Assembly (NCBI GenBank): GCA_944380545.1
Contig: CALWHV010000013.1
Coordinates: forward strand, 18,350-82,349
Reading direction: 5' to 3'
Source of the DNA: an uncultured Eubacterium sp.
Lineage (GTDB): Bacteria; Bacillota; Clostridia; Oscillospirales; Acutalibacteraceae
Length of the DNA: 64,000 nucleotides
Below are positions 11,001 to 20,539 of this stretch, piece after piece. The notes beneath the pieces are model-generated. The model searched no databases and was not told the DNA's origin. It saw only the letters and a list, made by a program, of their open reading frames with translations. Position numbers and translations under genes: made by a program. How positions within the stretch are numbered: the stretch's first letter is position 1; each line of letters opens with the position of its first letter.

Positions 11001-11640
11001 GCGCCGCCTTTTCGCTCTGCTGCTTCAGAGGGCCCACGCGGCTTTCAAGCTCGCCGAGGATATCGAGCAGGCGGACGAGATTTTCCTGCGCCTGTTCAAG
11101 GCGGCGCTGCGCGCTCGTTCTTTTGTGGCGGAAGCGGGAGATGCCCGCAGCCTCCTCAAAAAGCTCGCGCCTGTCCTCATTTTTGGCGGAGATAATGGAA
11201 TCTATCTTGCCCTGACCTACAAGCGAATAGCCGTCCGCGCCGAGGCCGGTGTCCATAAACAACTCGTGCACATCGCGCAGCCTTACAAGCTCGCCGTCTA
11301 TTTTATATTCGCTCTCGCCGCTTCTGTAATATCTGCGGGAAACGGTGATAACATCGCCCTTGTCTTTAAGGGCTTTATCGGAATTATCAAGCGTGAGGCG
11401 CACCTGCGCGAAGCCGACGGGCTTTCTTACCGAGGTGCCGCCGAAGATGACATCCTCCATCCTTGAGCCGCGCAGGCTTTTGGTGGAGGTTTCGCCGAGC
11501 ACCCAGCGCACCGCGTCGGATATATTGCTTTTGCCGGATCCGTTGGGCCCCACAACGGCGGTTATGCCCCTGCCGAAAGAGAGCTCCGTTTTATCCGGAA
11601 AGGATTTGAAGCCCTGCATTTCAAGTGATTTTAAGAACAT
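8068..11640 (-). CDS. smc: Chromosome segregation protein SMC
   Basis: GFKSF, GPNGSGKSN Walker A, coiled coils and hinge, FSGGEK signature, DEVEAALD Walker B. Confidence 0.98.
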   Translation of the reverse strand: MFLKSLEMQGFKSFPDKTELSFGRGITAVVGPNGSGKSNISDAVRWVLGETSTKSLRGSRMEDVIFGGTSVRKPVGFAQVRLTLDNSDKALKDKGDVITVSRRYYRSGESEYKIDGELVRLRDVHELFMDTGLGADGYSLVGQGKIDSIISAKNEDRRELFEEAAGISRFRHKRTSAQRRLEQAQENLVRLLDILGELESRVGPLKQQSEKAARFIELADEKKTLEIGVWVNKINKFTNELREQEHRIDAANESYSVCERELKDIERDIESSLEQTVKINAEIDALRADASAHDEQALKKDGECSVIEATISHNEQTAQRLRSDIDEASQGNASIDESIAQKRALIASCAKKSQELRSRLEQLAGSMEELSSSDKELSRLTAQLNARLASLTMSLSDHRVALTQASSGIEEIRQRCSAAREAREKLTQELAAEKAGKEKSDSKLKALEAEIEESTNAASGFRLRAQSKEKKALELSEKLSKLTARLSEKRSRANMLSDLEKNMEGYSGAVKAVIRASRSGALGGVRGVLSQLIQVENEYSTAVEVALGAAMQNIVTANEADAKRAINYLKSNNLGRATFLPVSNIKGRALDEKGLRDELGFVAVASELVECSHEYSQIISNLLGRTVIADDIDSAIGIAKQYGNRFKIVTLDGQVMNPGGSMTGGSRAKGAGILSRANMIEELLEEAKALDSERRELEAQLKTAQEEASRESARLQAAEAAAATAREDLIRAEGENRLIADKLRSLEERVGELDSEVKSADSRISGYEAERDKAQKNAADVQSEIEKTEQELEKATGNARGAAQQREKLREESEQLNLQLVTIAKDSQAASLAIEELELRRTAQSGRVGEIEREIAELQSKNEELGAQILEIKKAASALRESSAQSARQIEELIAQRDELDKKSAQLRVLERNKEQEREKLSAEIVRLDERKITMRKEYDELNDMLFEQYELTRREAEALNIRIDDMESARKRLHEIKVAIKKLGSINVGAIEEYKEVSERYEFLSAQVRDVETSKSELNKIIDDLTRSMSERFLTQFSRINGEFSRCFADFFGGGKGELVLEDPDNCLECPIEIKIQPPGKSVQNINLFSGGEKSLAALALLFSVLRVQPSPFCIYDEVEAALDDVNVERFAKYMRRMTDKTQFIAITHRRGTMEEADVLYGVTMQEKGVSKLLELQSAELAAKMGLSD

Positions 11641-12620
11641 TTATGAAGCTCCAGTTCATTGGGCGCAAGACTGTTTTTGTACTTAATTTTCAGCCGGTAG
11701 CCGAGCCTTTCAAGCGCCTTGATATTTGATTTTTTGTTGCCGAGAAGCTTTGAAACCGATTTTTCGTTTATGTAAACATCGTATTTGCCCGGCCACGCCC
11801 TTGTTATCTTATTGAACATACGGCGCGATTCAACAAGCTCGCCCAGACATTCGTGGTAGCCGCCGGCAAGCATATTGCGCTTGATATCGGGGCTGGAATG
11901 AAGGCCCACTCTGATTACCCTTACGCCGCTTTTTTCAAACATATCAACAAGATCGGCGCAAAGCGCAACGGTTTGCTCAAGCGTGGAGGGGGTATACCTG
12001 CCCTCCTGATACACTCTTGCTATATATGTGTCCTTAAGCACGACCGTGGGATAAATCCTTACCGTATCCGGCTGAAGCTCTATCAGCTTATTTGCGGTGT
12101 CTATATCGTGGCGGCGCGTTGAGCGCAGCAGATTAGTCATCATCTGAACGCCGAGCTCAAAGCCGTTTTCCTTGATGAGCTTTGCGGCGTCTCTGACATC
12201 ATCGGAGGTGTGGCCGCGCATATTAGTTCTGAGCACATCGTCGTCCATAGACTGGCAGCCCAGCTCAATGGCGGTAACGCCGTATTTCTTTAATATGCCG
12301 AGGATCTCCTCGTTTATAAAATCGGGGCGCGTGGAAATGCGTATGCCGTCCACACTGTCTTCCTGAACATATTTATACGCCGCCTCAAGCAGCGAGATCA
12401 TATAATCCCTGTCTATCGCGGTGAACGAGCCGCCGAAAAAGGCGATCTCGTAGGTATAATCTCCGCTTTCGTTTGACTGAAGCGCCCTTTCCACCGCCTT
12501 GCAGACATCCTGCGGGGTGGGAGCCTCTGCCTGACCCGTTATCGCGTTTTGATTGCAAAACGAGCATCTGTGCGGACAGCCGATATGCGGAACAAAAATT
12601 GAAATATTACTCTTTCTCAT
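11631..12620 (-). CDS. Radical SAM protein (Elp3-like, function unknown)
   Basis: CPHRCSFC (CxxxCxxC), FFGGSFT, STRPD, ELGCQS, RIYPT. Confidence 0.85.
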   Translation of the reverse strand: MRKSNISIFVPHIGCPHRCSFCNQNAITGQAEAPTPQDVCKAVERALQSNESGDYTYEIAFFGGSFTAIDRDYMISLLEAAYKYVQEDSVDGIRISTRPDFINEEILGILKKYGVTAIELGCQSMDDDVLRTNMRGHTSDDVRDAAKLIKENGFELGVQMMTNLLRSTRRHDIDTANKLIELQPDTVRIYPTVVLKDTYIARVYQEGRYTPSTLEQTVALCADLVDMFEKSGVRVIRVGLHSSPDIKRNMLAGGYHECLGELVESRRMFNKITRAWPGKYDVYINEKSVSKLLGNKKSNIKALERLGYRLKIKYKNSLAPNELELHKCS

Positions 12621-13303
12621 AATCCTAACAAACGCAAAGCCTGCTTTGCTGCCTCCTGTTCTGCCTGTTTTTTAGATTTTCCGGTGCCTGTTGCTATAAC
12701 ATTTGAATTAAGGCGGATCTCCGCCGTGAAGGTTGGGCTGTGCGGCGGGCCGCTTTGGTCAACTATCAGATAGTTAAGAGTTTCCTCGCGGCTCTCCTGC
12801 ACTACCTGCTGAAGCCTTGTTTTATAATCGTAAAAGCCGGCGCGGTGATTTTCAACAGAGTTTTCCAAAAAGCGGTTTATGAAGCGGCGAGCCTCGTCTA
12901 TACCGCCGTCCAGATAAACGGCGCCGGCAACCGCCTCAAAGGCGTCCTCAAGAAGCGAATCGCGCGTTCTGCCGCCGGTCTGCTCCTCGCCGACTCCGAG
13001 CAGCAGGTATTCGCTGAGGTTCAGCTCCCTTGCGTAGCCGCACAGCGAAGCCGTGCAGACGAGCGAGGCGCGCAGAGTGGACATCTCGCCCTCCGACATA
13101 TCGGGGTGATTGAGGTAAAAATACTCCGCGCTTATCAGGGAGATAACGGCGTCGCCCAAAAACTCCAGTTTTTCGTTATAAGGGGCGTTTCGGTGCTTTT
13201 CGTGGGCGTAGCTGCTGTGGGTGACCGCCTGAAGAAGCAGCGACTGCTCCCTGAAGTGATAGCCCATGCTCTCCTCAAGCTCTGCAAGCTTTGCCTTCTT
13301 CAT
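12617..13303 (-). CDS. rnc: Ribonuclease III
   Basis: NEKLEFLGDAV, D.FEA..GA, dsRBD DYKT.LQ...G.SKKQAEQ.AA. Confidence 0.97.
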   Translation of the reverse strand: MKKAKLAELEESMGYHFREQSLLLQAVTHSSYAHEKHRNAPYNEKLEFLGDAVISLISAEYFYLNHPDMSEGEMSTLRASLVCTASLCGYARELNLSEYLLLGVGEEQTGGRTRDSLLEDAFEAVAGAVYLDGGIDEARRFINRFLENSVENHRAGFYDYKTRLQQVVQESREETLNYLIVDQSGPPHSPTFTAEIRLNSNVIATGTGKSKKQAEQEAAKQALRLLGL

Positions 13304-14288
13304 TTTCCAAATTCCTTTCTATCTCTGAAATCAAATCTGTTTCAAGGAAGCGCACCGCCTGACGCACGGCGTTTTTGAATGTGCGCGCGTCCGCGCTGCC
13401 GTGAGCCTTTACAACGGGCTTTTTTACGCCGAGCAGCACTGCGCCGCCGTATTCCTTATAATCAAACTGCTTTTTCATTTTATTGATGCCGCCGAGCACG
13501 CCGAGCGCACAGAGCATCGTGAATATATTTTTCTTGAACACGGATTTGATGCCGCCCATAAGCATTTTTGCCACGCCCTCGTACATTTTAAGCACAAGGT
13601 TGCCGGAAAAGCCGTCAGCCACAACCACATCGGCGTCGCCGAAAGGGATGCGCCTTGCCTCGATATTGCCGACAAAATTGTAGGGAGCGTTTTTCATAAG
13701 GGAATACGCCTCCCTGACCGTGTGGGTGCCCTTAGTTTCCTCCGTGCCGTTATTTGCAAGCGCCACGCGCGGAGAATCAACGCCCATTATATGCTTCATA
13801 TAAAGGCTGCCGAGCATACCGAACTGGCAGAGAAAATCCGGCCGGCACTCGGCGTTTGCGCCGCAGTCGAGCAGCAGAAACGGATTTGCCTCGCCCGGCA
13901 TAACCGAGGCGATGCACGGGCGCTTGACGCCCTTTATCCTTTTTGTTATAAGCGTTGCGCCGACCGTGATGGCGCCGGTGTTCCCTGCTGAAACGAACGC
14001 GTCGCCCTCGCCGCTGTTGAGCAGGCGAAAGCCCGTTGCCATACTTGAATCGGCTTTCTTTTTAAGGACGGCGTTTGCATCGTCCGTCATCAATATATCC
14101 TCGCCTGTGGAATTGCAGATCTCTGTGCGCTCAAGCCTTATGCCGTTTTCGCGCACGCAGCTCATTATGCGCTCCTCGCTGCCGACAAGAAGGATATCCG
14201 TGCCGAGCTCTTTGACTGCAAGCTGCGAGCCCCTGATTATCTCAAGCGGGGCGTTATCGCCGCCGAACGCGTCAACTATTATCCGCAT
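13275..14288 (-). CDS. plsX: Phosphate acyltransferase PlsX
   Basis: MRIIVDAFGGD, SAGNTGA, LDCGAN, DGFSGN, KAHGS; start moved to ATG 14288. Confidence 0.96.
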   Translation of the reverse strand: MRIIVDAFGGDNAPLEIIRGSQLAVKELGTDILLVGSEERIMSCVRENGIRLERTEICNSTGEDILMTDDANAVLKKKADSSMATGFRLLNSGEGDAFVSAGNTGAITVGATLITKRIKGVKRPCIASVMPGEANPFLLLDCGANAECRPDFLCQFGMLGSLYMKHIMGVDSPRVALANNGTEETKGTHTVREAYSLMKNAPYNFVGNIEARRIPFGDADVVVADGFSGNLVLKMYEGVAKMLMGGIKSVFKKNIFTMLCALGVLGGINKMKKQFDYKEYGGAVLLGVKKPVVKAHGSADARTFKNAVRQAVRFLETDLISEIERNLENEEGKACRA

Positions 14289-15579
14289 CAAGAACGCTCC
14301 TTTCAAGATCCTTAAGCGCCCTGTTTGCAAGCGCCTGATATCTTTGCTTTTTATCCTTTATCTTGGGCTCGATGGGCTCAAGCACGCCGAAATTTGCGCC
14401 CATAGGCTGAAAATCGCTTACGCTTTCATCGCTGATATATGAGCTGAGCGCGCCGATCATCGTGGTGCGCGGAAGTATCAGCGGCTTTCTGCCCTGCGCG
14501 TATCTTACGGCGTTTATGCCCGCCATAATACCGGAGGAGGCGGACTCCATATAGCCCTCAACTCCGGTTATCTGACCGGCAAAGAACACATTCGGCTCTT
14601 TTTTGAGCTGATATGCGGCGTTCAGAAGCCGCGGCGAATCTATAAATGTGTTTCTGTGCATAACACCGTAGCGCACGAAGACCGCGTTTTCAAGGCCCGG
14701 AATCATTGAGAACACGCGCTTTTGCTCGCCGAATTTAAGATTCGTCTGAAATCCGACGATATTGAACATCGTGCCGGCGCTGTTTTCGCGGCGCAGCTGC
14801 ACCGCTGCCCAGGGGCGTCTGCCCGTGCGCGGGTCAGTTAGACCGACGGGCTTCATAGGACCGAAGCGAGGCGCGTCCGCTCCGCGCTTTGCAAGCTTTT
14901 CTATGGGCATACAGCCCTCGTACACATCAAAATCGTGAAGCACCGCGCCCTGCGCGTTTACAAGCTCTTCAATAAAGCGCTCGTACTGCTCCCTGCTGAA
15001 AGGGCAGTTGATATAATCGTCCTCTCCGCCCCTGCCGTAGCGCGATGCGCCGAACGCAACGCTCATATCAACGCTCTCAGCCGTGACAATCGGCGCGGCG
15101 GCGTCATAAAACGAGAGCCTGCCTCCGCAGAGCTTTTCTATGCTTTTGCCCATATCGCCGTCAGTAAGCGGGCCTGTTGCAACAACGGTTATGCTGCCGG
15201 GGGAAGCGTCTATCCCGCCGACCTCCGCCTGCACGACGGTGATATTGGGATGCGATCTTATCTTTTCGGTTACGGCGGCGGAAAAGCGTTCTCTGTCCAC
15301 CGCGAGCGCACCGCCCGCGGCAACGGCGTTGCTGCGCGCGACGGGAACGGTGAGCGAGCCGAGGCGCGCCATCTCCTCCTTTAGGAGGCCTGCGGCGGAA
15401 TCGAGCCGCGCCGCCTTAAGGGAATTTGAGCAGACAAGCTCTGCGAAATCATCCGATGAATGGGCAGGGGACCTTTTGAGCGGCTTTTGCTCAAAGAGCT
15501 TTACGCCGTATCCCGCCTGAGCTATCTGCCACGCCGCCTCAGTGCCGGCAAGGCCGGCGCCGATTACATTAAACTCCAT
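14272..15579 (-). CDS. trmFO: Folate/FAD-dependent tRNA m5U54 methyltransferase
   Basis: GAGLAG.EAA, ELVCSNSL, GVMHRNT, GQITGVEGY.ES. Confidence 0.96.
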   Translation of the reverse strand: MEFNVIGAGLAGTEAAWQIAQAGYGVKLFEQKPLKRSPAHSSDDFAELVCSNSLKAARLDSAAGLLKEEMARLGSLTVPVARSNAVAAGGALAVDRERFSAAVTEKIRSHPNITVVQAEVGGIDASPGSITVVATGPLTDGDMGKSIEKLCGGRLSFYDAAAPIVTAESVDMSVAFGASRYGRGGEDDYINCPFSREQYERFIEELVNAQGAVLHDFDVYEGCMPIEKLAKRGADAPRFGPMKPVGLTDPRTGRRPWAAVQLRRENSAGTMFNIVGFQTNLKFGEQKRVFSMIPGLENAVFVRYGVMHRNTFIDSPRLLNAAYQLKKEPNVFFAGQITGVEGYMESASSGIMAGINAVRYAQGRKPLILPRTTMIGALSSYISDESVSDFQPMGANFGVLEPIEPKIKDKKQRYQALANRALKDLERSVLDADNS

Positions 15580-15582
15580 AAT

Positions 15583-17682
15583 TTATTCTTCGCTTTTTTT
15601 AGTTCTGGGTACGGGCTTTGTGAAGCCGCAGCCCTCGGTATCCGGGCAGTACAGCACATTTCCGCGGCGGCGGAAAAGCGATTTTCCGCAGCGGGGGCAG
15701 ACCTCGTCGCTCGGAGCGTCCCAGGTCATAAAATTGCAGTCCGGATAATTTGAGCAGCCGTAAAACGACGCGCCCTTTCTTGTTTTCTTTTCTATAACAT
15801 CACCGCCGCAGCGCGGGCATTTTGCCTTTGTTTTGAGCACGAGCGGCTTTGTGTTTTTACATTCGGGATAGCCGGGGCAGGCAAGGAATTTGCCGAACCT
15901 GCCGACCTTTATGACCATATGCCTGCCGCATTTTTCGCAGATCTCGTCCGTTTCCTCCTCCTTGAGGCGGATCTTAACGCCCTGCATATCCTTTTTTGCC
16001 TTTTCGAGCGGCTTTTCAAAATCGTCGTAATAGCGGCGAATCATATCCTTATAATCCCTTTCGCCGCTGTCTATCTTATCAAGGTCCTCCTCCATTTTGG
16101 AGGTATATTTTACATTTACTATATTGGGCATACGGTCCTTGAGCAGCTTTATGACCGCCTCGCCCAGCTCCGTGGGCACGAACTGCTTGCCCTCGCGCTT
16201 TACATATTCGCGCTGAACGATGGTGGAGGTTATGGTTACATAGGTTGACGGCCTGCCCACGCCGTTTTCCTCAAGCGCCTTTGTGAGGCTTGCCTCCGTG
16301 TATCTTGCCGGAGGCTGGGTGAAATGCTGGTTGCCGTCCAGCGCCTTTAAGCGCAGCTTATCGCCCTGCGCGAGTGAGGGCAGCGGCGCGGCGGAATCGT
16401 CCGACGAATCGTCCTTCGACTCCTCGTAAAGCGCGGTGAAGCCGTCAAACTTAACGGTGTAGCCGGAGGCGGTGAACACGCAGTCGCCCGCGGAGATCTC
16501 GGCGCGCACGGTCTCCTGCACGCAGCTCTCCATAAGCGAGGCGATAAACCTTTCCCACACGAGCTTATATATTTTATACTGGTCCGCCGTGAGCGAGGAT
16601 TTGACCTGAGCGGGCGTTACGCCGGGCATTGACGGGCGGATGGCCTCGTGCCCGTCCTGCACATTGCCCTTTGATTTGAAATATCTGGGCTTTTTGGGCA
16701 GGTACTTTTCGCCGTAGGCATCAAGGATGAACTGATTGCCGGCGGAGCGAGCCTCCTCGGAGATCCTGAGCGAATCGGTACGCATATATGTTATAAGGCC
16801 GACGGTGCCGAGGTCTTTTACATCCACGCCCTCGTAAAGCTCCTGCGCGGCTTTCATCGTTCTTCTTGCCTGGAACGAAAGGCGGCGCGACGCCTCCTGC
16901 TGAAGAGTTGAGGTTATGAACGGCGGGGCGGGGCTTTTTCTGCGGGTGCCCTTTTTGACAGCCGACACGATATAATCCCTGCCGTCGAGATAGGCGAGTA
17001 TATCGTCCGCCTCCTGCTTTGAGGAGAGCTTTATCTTTTTGCCGCCCCTTGAAGCGAGCGCGGCGGAAAAGGTCTTTTTGCCGGGAGGGTTGGTGAATTT
17101 GGCGTCTATGGACCAATATTCCTCCGGCTTGAAGGCGCGTATCTCCTCTTCCCTGTCTACAACCAGGCGAAGCGCGACCGACTGCACCCTGCCCGCCGAA
17201 AGGCCGCGCCTTATCTTTTGGCTGATGAACGGAGAAAGCTTATAGCCGATAAGCCTGTCTAATATGCGGCGCGCTTGCTGGGCGTTCACAAGATCCTCGT
17301 CTATCGAGCGGGGATGCTCCATACCCTGCTTTACGCCGTATTTCGTTATCTCGTTAAAGGTGACGCGGTTTTTCTCGTCAAGGTCAAGGTCGAGCAGTGT
17401 TGCAAGATGCCAGCTTATCGCCTCGCCCTCTCTATCGGGGTCGGTGGCGAGGTAGACACATTCGCTTTTTTCAGCCTTTTTGCGAAGCTCCTTAACAAAA
17501 TTTTCCTTGCCCTTTATGACGGCGTATTTCGGGGTGAAATCGTGCTCTATATCCACCGACAGGCGCGCCGAGGGAAGGTCGCGCACATGGCCCATAGAAG
17601 CTACGACATCATACCCCTTTCCGAGATAGCCCTTTATATTTTTCGCCTTTGCGGGCGACTCGACTATAACAAGCTTTGACAT
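15583..17682 (-). CDS. topA: DNA topoisomerase I
   Basis: VESPAKA, ATDPDREGE, SAGRVQS, ITYMRTDS, C-terminal Cys zinc ribbons. Confidence 0.98.
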   Translation of the reverse strand: MSKLVIVESPAKAKNIKGYLGKGYDVVASMGHVRDLPSARLSVDIEHDFTPKYAVIKGKENFVKELRKKAEKSECVYLATDPDREGEAISWHLATLLDLDLDEKNRVTFNEITKYGVKQGMEHPRSIDEDLVNAQQARRILDRLIGYKLSPFISQKIRRGLSAGRVQSVALRLVVDREEEIRAFKPEEYWSIDAKFTNPPGKKTFSAALASRGGKKIKLSSKQEADDILAYLDGRDYIVSAVKKGTRRKSPAPPFITSTLQQEASRRLSFQARRTMKAAQELYEGVDVKDLGTVGLITYMRTDSLRISEEARSAGNQFILDAYGEKYLPKKPRYFKSKGNVQDGHEAIRPSMPGVTPAQVKSSLTADQYKIYKLVWERFIASLMESCVQETVRAEISAGDCVFTASGYTVKFDGFTALYEESKDDSSDDSAAPLPSLAQGDKLRLKALDGNQHFTQPPARYTEASLTKALEENGVGRPSTYVTITSTIVQREYVKREGKQFVPTELGEAVIKLLKDRMPNIVNVKYTSKMEEDLDKIDSGERDYKDMIRRYYDDFEKPLEKAKKDMQGVKIRLKEEETDEICEKCGRHMVIKVGRFGKFLACPGYPECKNTKPLVLKTKAKCPRCGGDVIEKKTRKGASFYGCSNYPDCNFMTWDAPSDEVCPRCGKSLFRRRGNVLYCPDTEGCGFTKPVPRTKKSEE

Positions 17683-17697
17683 ATATGATTATTCCTT

Positions 17698-18900
17698 TCA
17701 GGATAGTTTGTATCTTTTTCCGCCCGCGCTTTTTGCGAGCTGCATTATCTCAAGCGTGGTGAGCGCCGTGAGCACCTGAGCCGGAGAAAGGCCGCATGCC
17801 GAGGTGATCTCGTCAATATGCATATAATCATCGCTCATAGCGCGGTAGACGGCAAGCGTATTTCCGCTCAGCTTTGCCGCGGCAGCCTGGCGCTCTACGC
17901 GTTTTCTGCGGCTGTCCGCCAGATTTTCAAACGATATGCTGCCGGACTCATCCGGCGCGCCGACATATTTTTTGGCGGTTTTCTTCATTATCTCGCCGAC
18001 GCTTTGAGCTGCGGACACATCTATGCCGAAGCGCTCGGCATAAGGATAAACGAGATCGAGCGGCTTTGTGGCTACAACGGCGCCGTCGTCTATCAGCCTG
18101 TTTGTGCCGGCGTATTCCGGCTCAAGTATTGAGCAGGGCACCGCGTAGACATCTCTGCCCTGCTCCGCGGCGCACCTTGCGGTTATAAGGCTGCCGCTTT
18201 TAACGCCCGCTTCAACGACGAGAACGCCGAGCGACAGTCCGCTTATTATTCTGTTTCTGACCGGAAAGGTGTATTTTGAAGCGGCGGTGAACGGAGGAAG
18301 CTCCGTTACGAGCGCGCCGTTTTGCGAAATGCTGTCTCTGAGCGGCTTATTTTCCATAAGGTAATTAGTGCCGAGGCCGCAGCCGAGAACGGCTACCGTT
18401 TTGCCCCCGCTGAGGATTGCCGCCGTGTGCGCCGCCGTGTCAACGCCGAGGGCGCCGCCGGAGACCACCACCGCGCCGAGGCGCGAAATGCCGCGGCTCA
18501 TAACATCCGCCGCCTTGACGGCGTAATCGCTTGCCTTTCTTGTGCCTACGATGCCGATGGCAAGGCTTGAATCAATATTGGGAAGCTCGCCGCAGACATA
18601 GAGAGCGGCGGGTGGGTCGGGTATTTCATAGAGGCGGCGCGGATATGAGGGATCGTCCGGAGTTAACACCTGCCAGCCGTTGAGGCGGCAGACGGTAAGG
18701 ATATCCTGCGCCTTTTCCTGCGGCGCCGCGATGAGCCGAGCCGTTTGCTTTTCGTTCAGAGCGGGGCTCATCCTCCACTCCTTTTCGCCCGCGTCAAAAA
18801 GCTCTTTTACGCCGCCGAAATATTCTATCGCTTCTTTTATGCGCGCTCCTGCGCCGAGAGCGCACTGGAGCCGCACCCAATAAACCGTGTTTAAATTCAA
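17698..18900 (-). CDS. dprA: DNA-processing protein DprA
   Basis: YP..L..I.DPP, IVGTR..S.Y, VSGGALGVD, RNRIISG, SGSL.TA; probable TTG start at 18900 overlapping the upstream stop. Confidence 0.95.
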   Translation of the reverse strand: MNLNTVYWVRLQCALGAGARIKEAIEYFGGVKELFDAGEKEWRMSPALNEKQTARLIAAPQEKAQDILTVCRLNGWQVLTPDDPSYPRRLYEIPDPPAALYVCGELPNIDSSLAIGIVGTRKASDYAVKAADVMSRGISRLGAVVVSGGALGVDTAAHTAAILSGGKTVAVLGCGLGTNYLMENKPLRDSISQNGALVTELPPFTAASKYTFPVRNRIISGLSLGVLVVEAGVKSGSLITARCAAEQGRDVYAVPCSILEPEYAGTNRLIDDGAVVATKPLDLVYPYAERFGIDVSAAQSVGEIMKKTAKKYVGAPDESGSISFENLADSRRKRVERQAAAAKLSGNTLAVYRAMSDDYMHIDEITSACGLSPAQVLTALTTLEIMQLAKSAGGKRYKLS

Positions 18901-19673
18901 CTGAGCATCTCCCACATCACGATAGCGGCGGCAACGGAGGCGTTCAAGCTCTCCGCCCTGCCGAGCATATTGATAGTGACCGGCTGTTCGCACGCGCAGA
19001 GCACCTGCGGCGAAACGCCGCTGCCCTCATTGCCGATAACGCAGATATCGGAGCCGGAAAAGCGCACGCTTTTTATATCGCGCGCAAGGGGATCTGGAAC
19101 GGCGGCATAGGTATGAAAGCCGAGGCCTGAAAGCCTTTCAAGCTCCGCTGCAAGATCCTCGCAGCGAAAGACGGGAAAGCGAAGCGCGCCGCCCATTGAG
19201 GCGCGAAGCGCCTTAGGATTATATATATCGCACCCGCCGCCGGCAAGCGCGCCGTCTATGCCGAGCGCCTCCGCCGTTCTGATGACGGCGCCGAGGTTTG
19301 CGGGGTCCTGAATATTATCGAGCGCGATGTATTTTGCGCCGGGGCGCGGCTCGAAGCTTTTTTCGACCGCCGCGCAGACGGCGAACACGCCCTGGGGATT
19401 TTTGGTGTCTGCAATATAGGACGAAAGCTCGTCCGTAATAGCGACGCTGCGCTGCGCTTTTTCGATAAGCGGGGCGCATTTATCGCCGTAGCGCTCAAGC
19501 GCGGACTGCGTTACCAGCAGCAAAAGCAGCGGGCAGCCGCTTTCAAGGCAATCAAAACAAAGCCTTGCACCTTCCAGTGCGAACCTGCCGGTGGCGGCGC
19601 GGAATCTGCGGGAGGTGAAAAGCTTTTTTACATCCTTGATTATTTCGTTTGACCTGCTTGTGATTTTCTCCAT
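18897..19673 (-). CDS. TrmH/SpoU family RNA methyltransferase
   Basis: LDNIQDPANLG...RTA, IGNEGSG, ESLNAS.AAAI. Confidence 0.93.
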   Translation of the reverse strand: MEKITSRSNEIIKDVKKLFTSRRFRAATGRFALEGARLCFDCLESGCPLLLLLVTQSALERYGDKCAPLIEKAQRSVAITDELSSYIADTKNPQGVFAVCAAVEKSFEPRPGAKYIALDNIQDPANLGAVIRTAEALGIDGALAGGGCDIYNPKALRASMGGALRFPVFRCEDLAAELERLSGLGFHTYAAVPDPLARDIKSVRFSGSDICVIGNEGSGVSPQVLCACEQPVTINMLGRAESLNASVAAAIVMWEMLS

Positions 19674-19850
19674 ACCGACTCCCGGCCTATGATAAAATTA
19701 TGTTTAACAAAACCACACGGCAGCCTTTAAGAGCGCTGCTTTAAATAAGATATAAATTATAATACATTATTATGCAAAAAAGTGCAACAGTAAAATTGAA
19801 AAACCGCGATATTTTTATTATTTGCCGCCGAAAAGGCTTTGAAGCGAAAA

Positions 19851-19884
19851 AAAGGAAGCCGTGCCCTGAGGCAAAGCTTCCTTT
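19851..19884 (-). terminator. Intrinsic terminator of infC-rpmI-rplT
   Basis: Minus strand AAAGGAAGC...GCTTCCTTTTTTT hairpin plus U-tract just after rplT. Confidence 0.75.
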
Positions 19885-19897
19885 AAAAGCCGTATTT

Positions 19898-20251
19898 TTA
19901 CAGAGCCGCCTTTGCGGTTTCAACAAGCGCGGTGAATGCAGCCGCGTCCGAAACGGCAATCTCGGCAAGCATTTTTCTGTTGAGCTCAACGCCCGCCTTT
20001 TTGAGGCCGTTCATAAAGGTTGAATAATTGGTGCCGTTTGCCTTGCAGGCGGCGGAGATCCTGGTGATCCACATTCTGCGGAAATCTCTTTTCTTCTGCT
20101 TTCTGCCGATGTAGGCATACTGACCGCTCTTCATTACGGCCTGCTTAGCCGTTTTGAAAAGGCGGTGCTTGCTGCCGTAATAGCCCTTGGCAGCCTTTAA
20201 AACTTTCTTTCTTCTTTTGCGAGTGGCCATAGCGCCCTTAATTCTTGCCAT
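19898..20251 (-). CDS. rplT: 50S ribosomal protein L20
   Basis: MARIKG..., KGYYG, R...KR.FR..WI.RI. Confidence 0.98.
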   Translation of the reverse strand: MARIKGAMATRKRRKKVLKAAKGYYGSKHRLFKTAKQAVMKSGQYAYIGRKQKKRDFRRMWITRISAACKANGTNYSTFMNGLKKAGVELNRKMLAEIAVSDAAAFTALVETAKAAL

Positions 20252-20311
20252 GATTTATTACCTCCGATAACTTATGGGTTGTTAGAATATATCTTGTGTA
20301 AAGCGAAGAGA

Positions 20312-20509
20312 TTATTTATAAGGAACAAGCCTTTTCATCTGCTTCTGGTTGGTTACATCGCCGACTGTGGTTTTGCGAAGGTTTCTCTTGCGCTTTGTGG
20401 ATTTTTTGGTAAGGATATGAGAGGTATAGGCGTGAGCGCGCTTTACCTTGCCGGTTTTTGTGGTCTTGAAACGCTTTTTGGCGCCGCTGTGTGTTTTGAT
20501 CTTAGGCAT
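20312..20509 (-). CDS. rpmI: 50S ribosomal protein L35
   Basis: [15 protein letters not shown]. Confidence 0.98.
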   Translation of the reverse strand: MPKIKTHSGAKKRFKTTKTGKVKRAHAYTSHILTKKSTKRKRNLRKTTVGDVTNQKQMKRLVPYK

Positions 20510-20539
20510 AATTTATTCCTCCGTGTTTAAAATTTTTAA

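Noticed and set aside
13275-13303. No acpP between plsX and rnc
   Set aside because: Gene-order variation only; the two genes overlap cleanly with no remnant.
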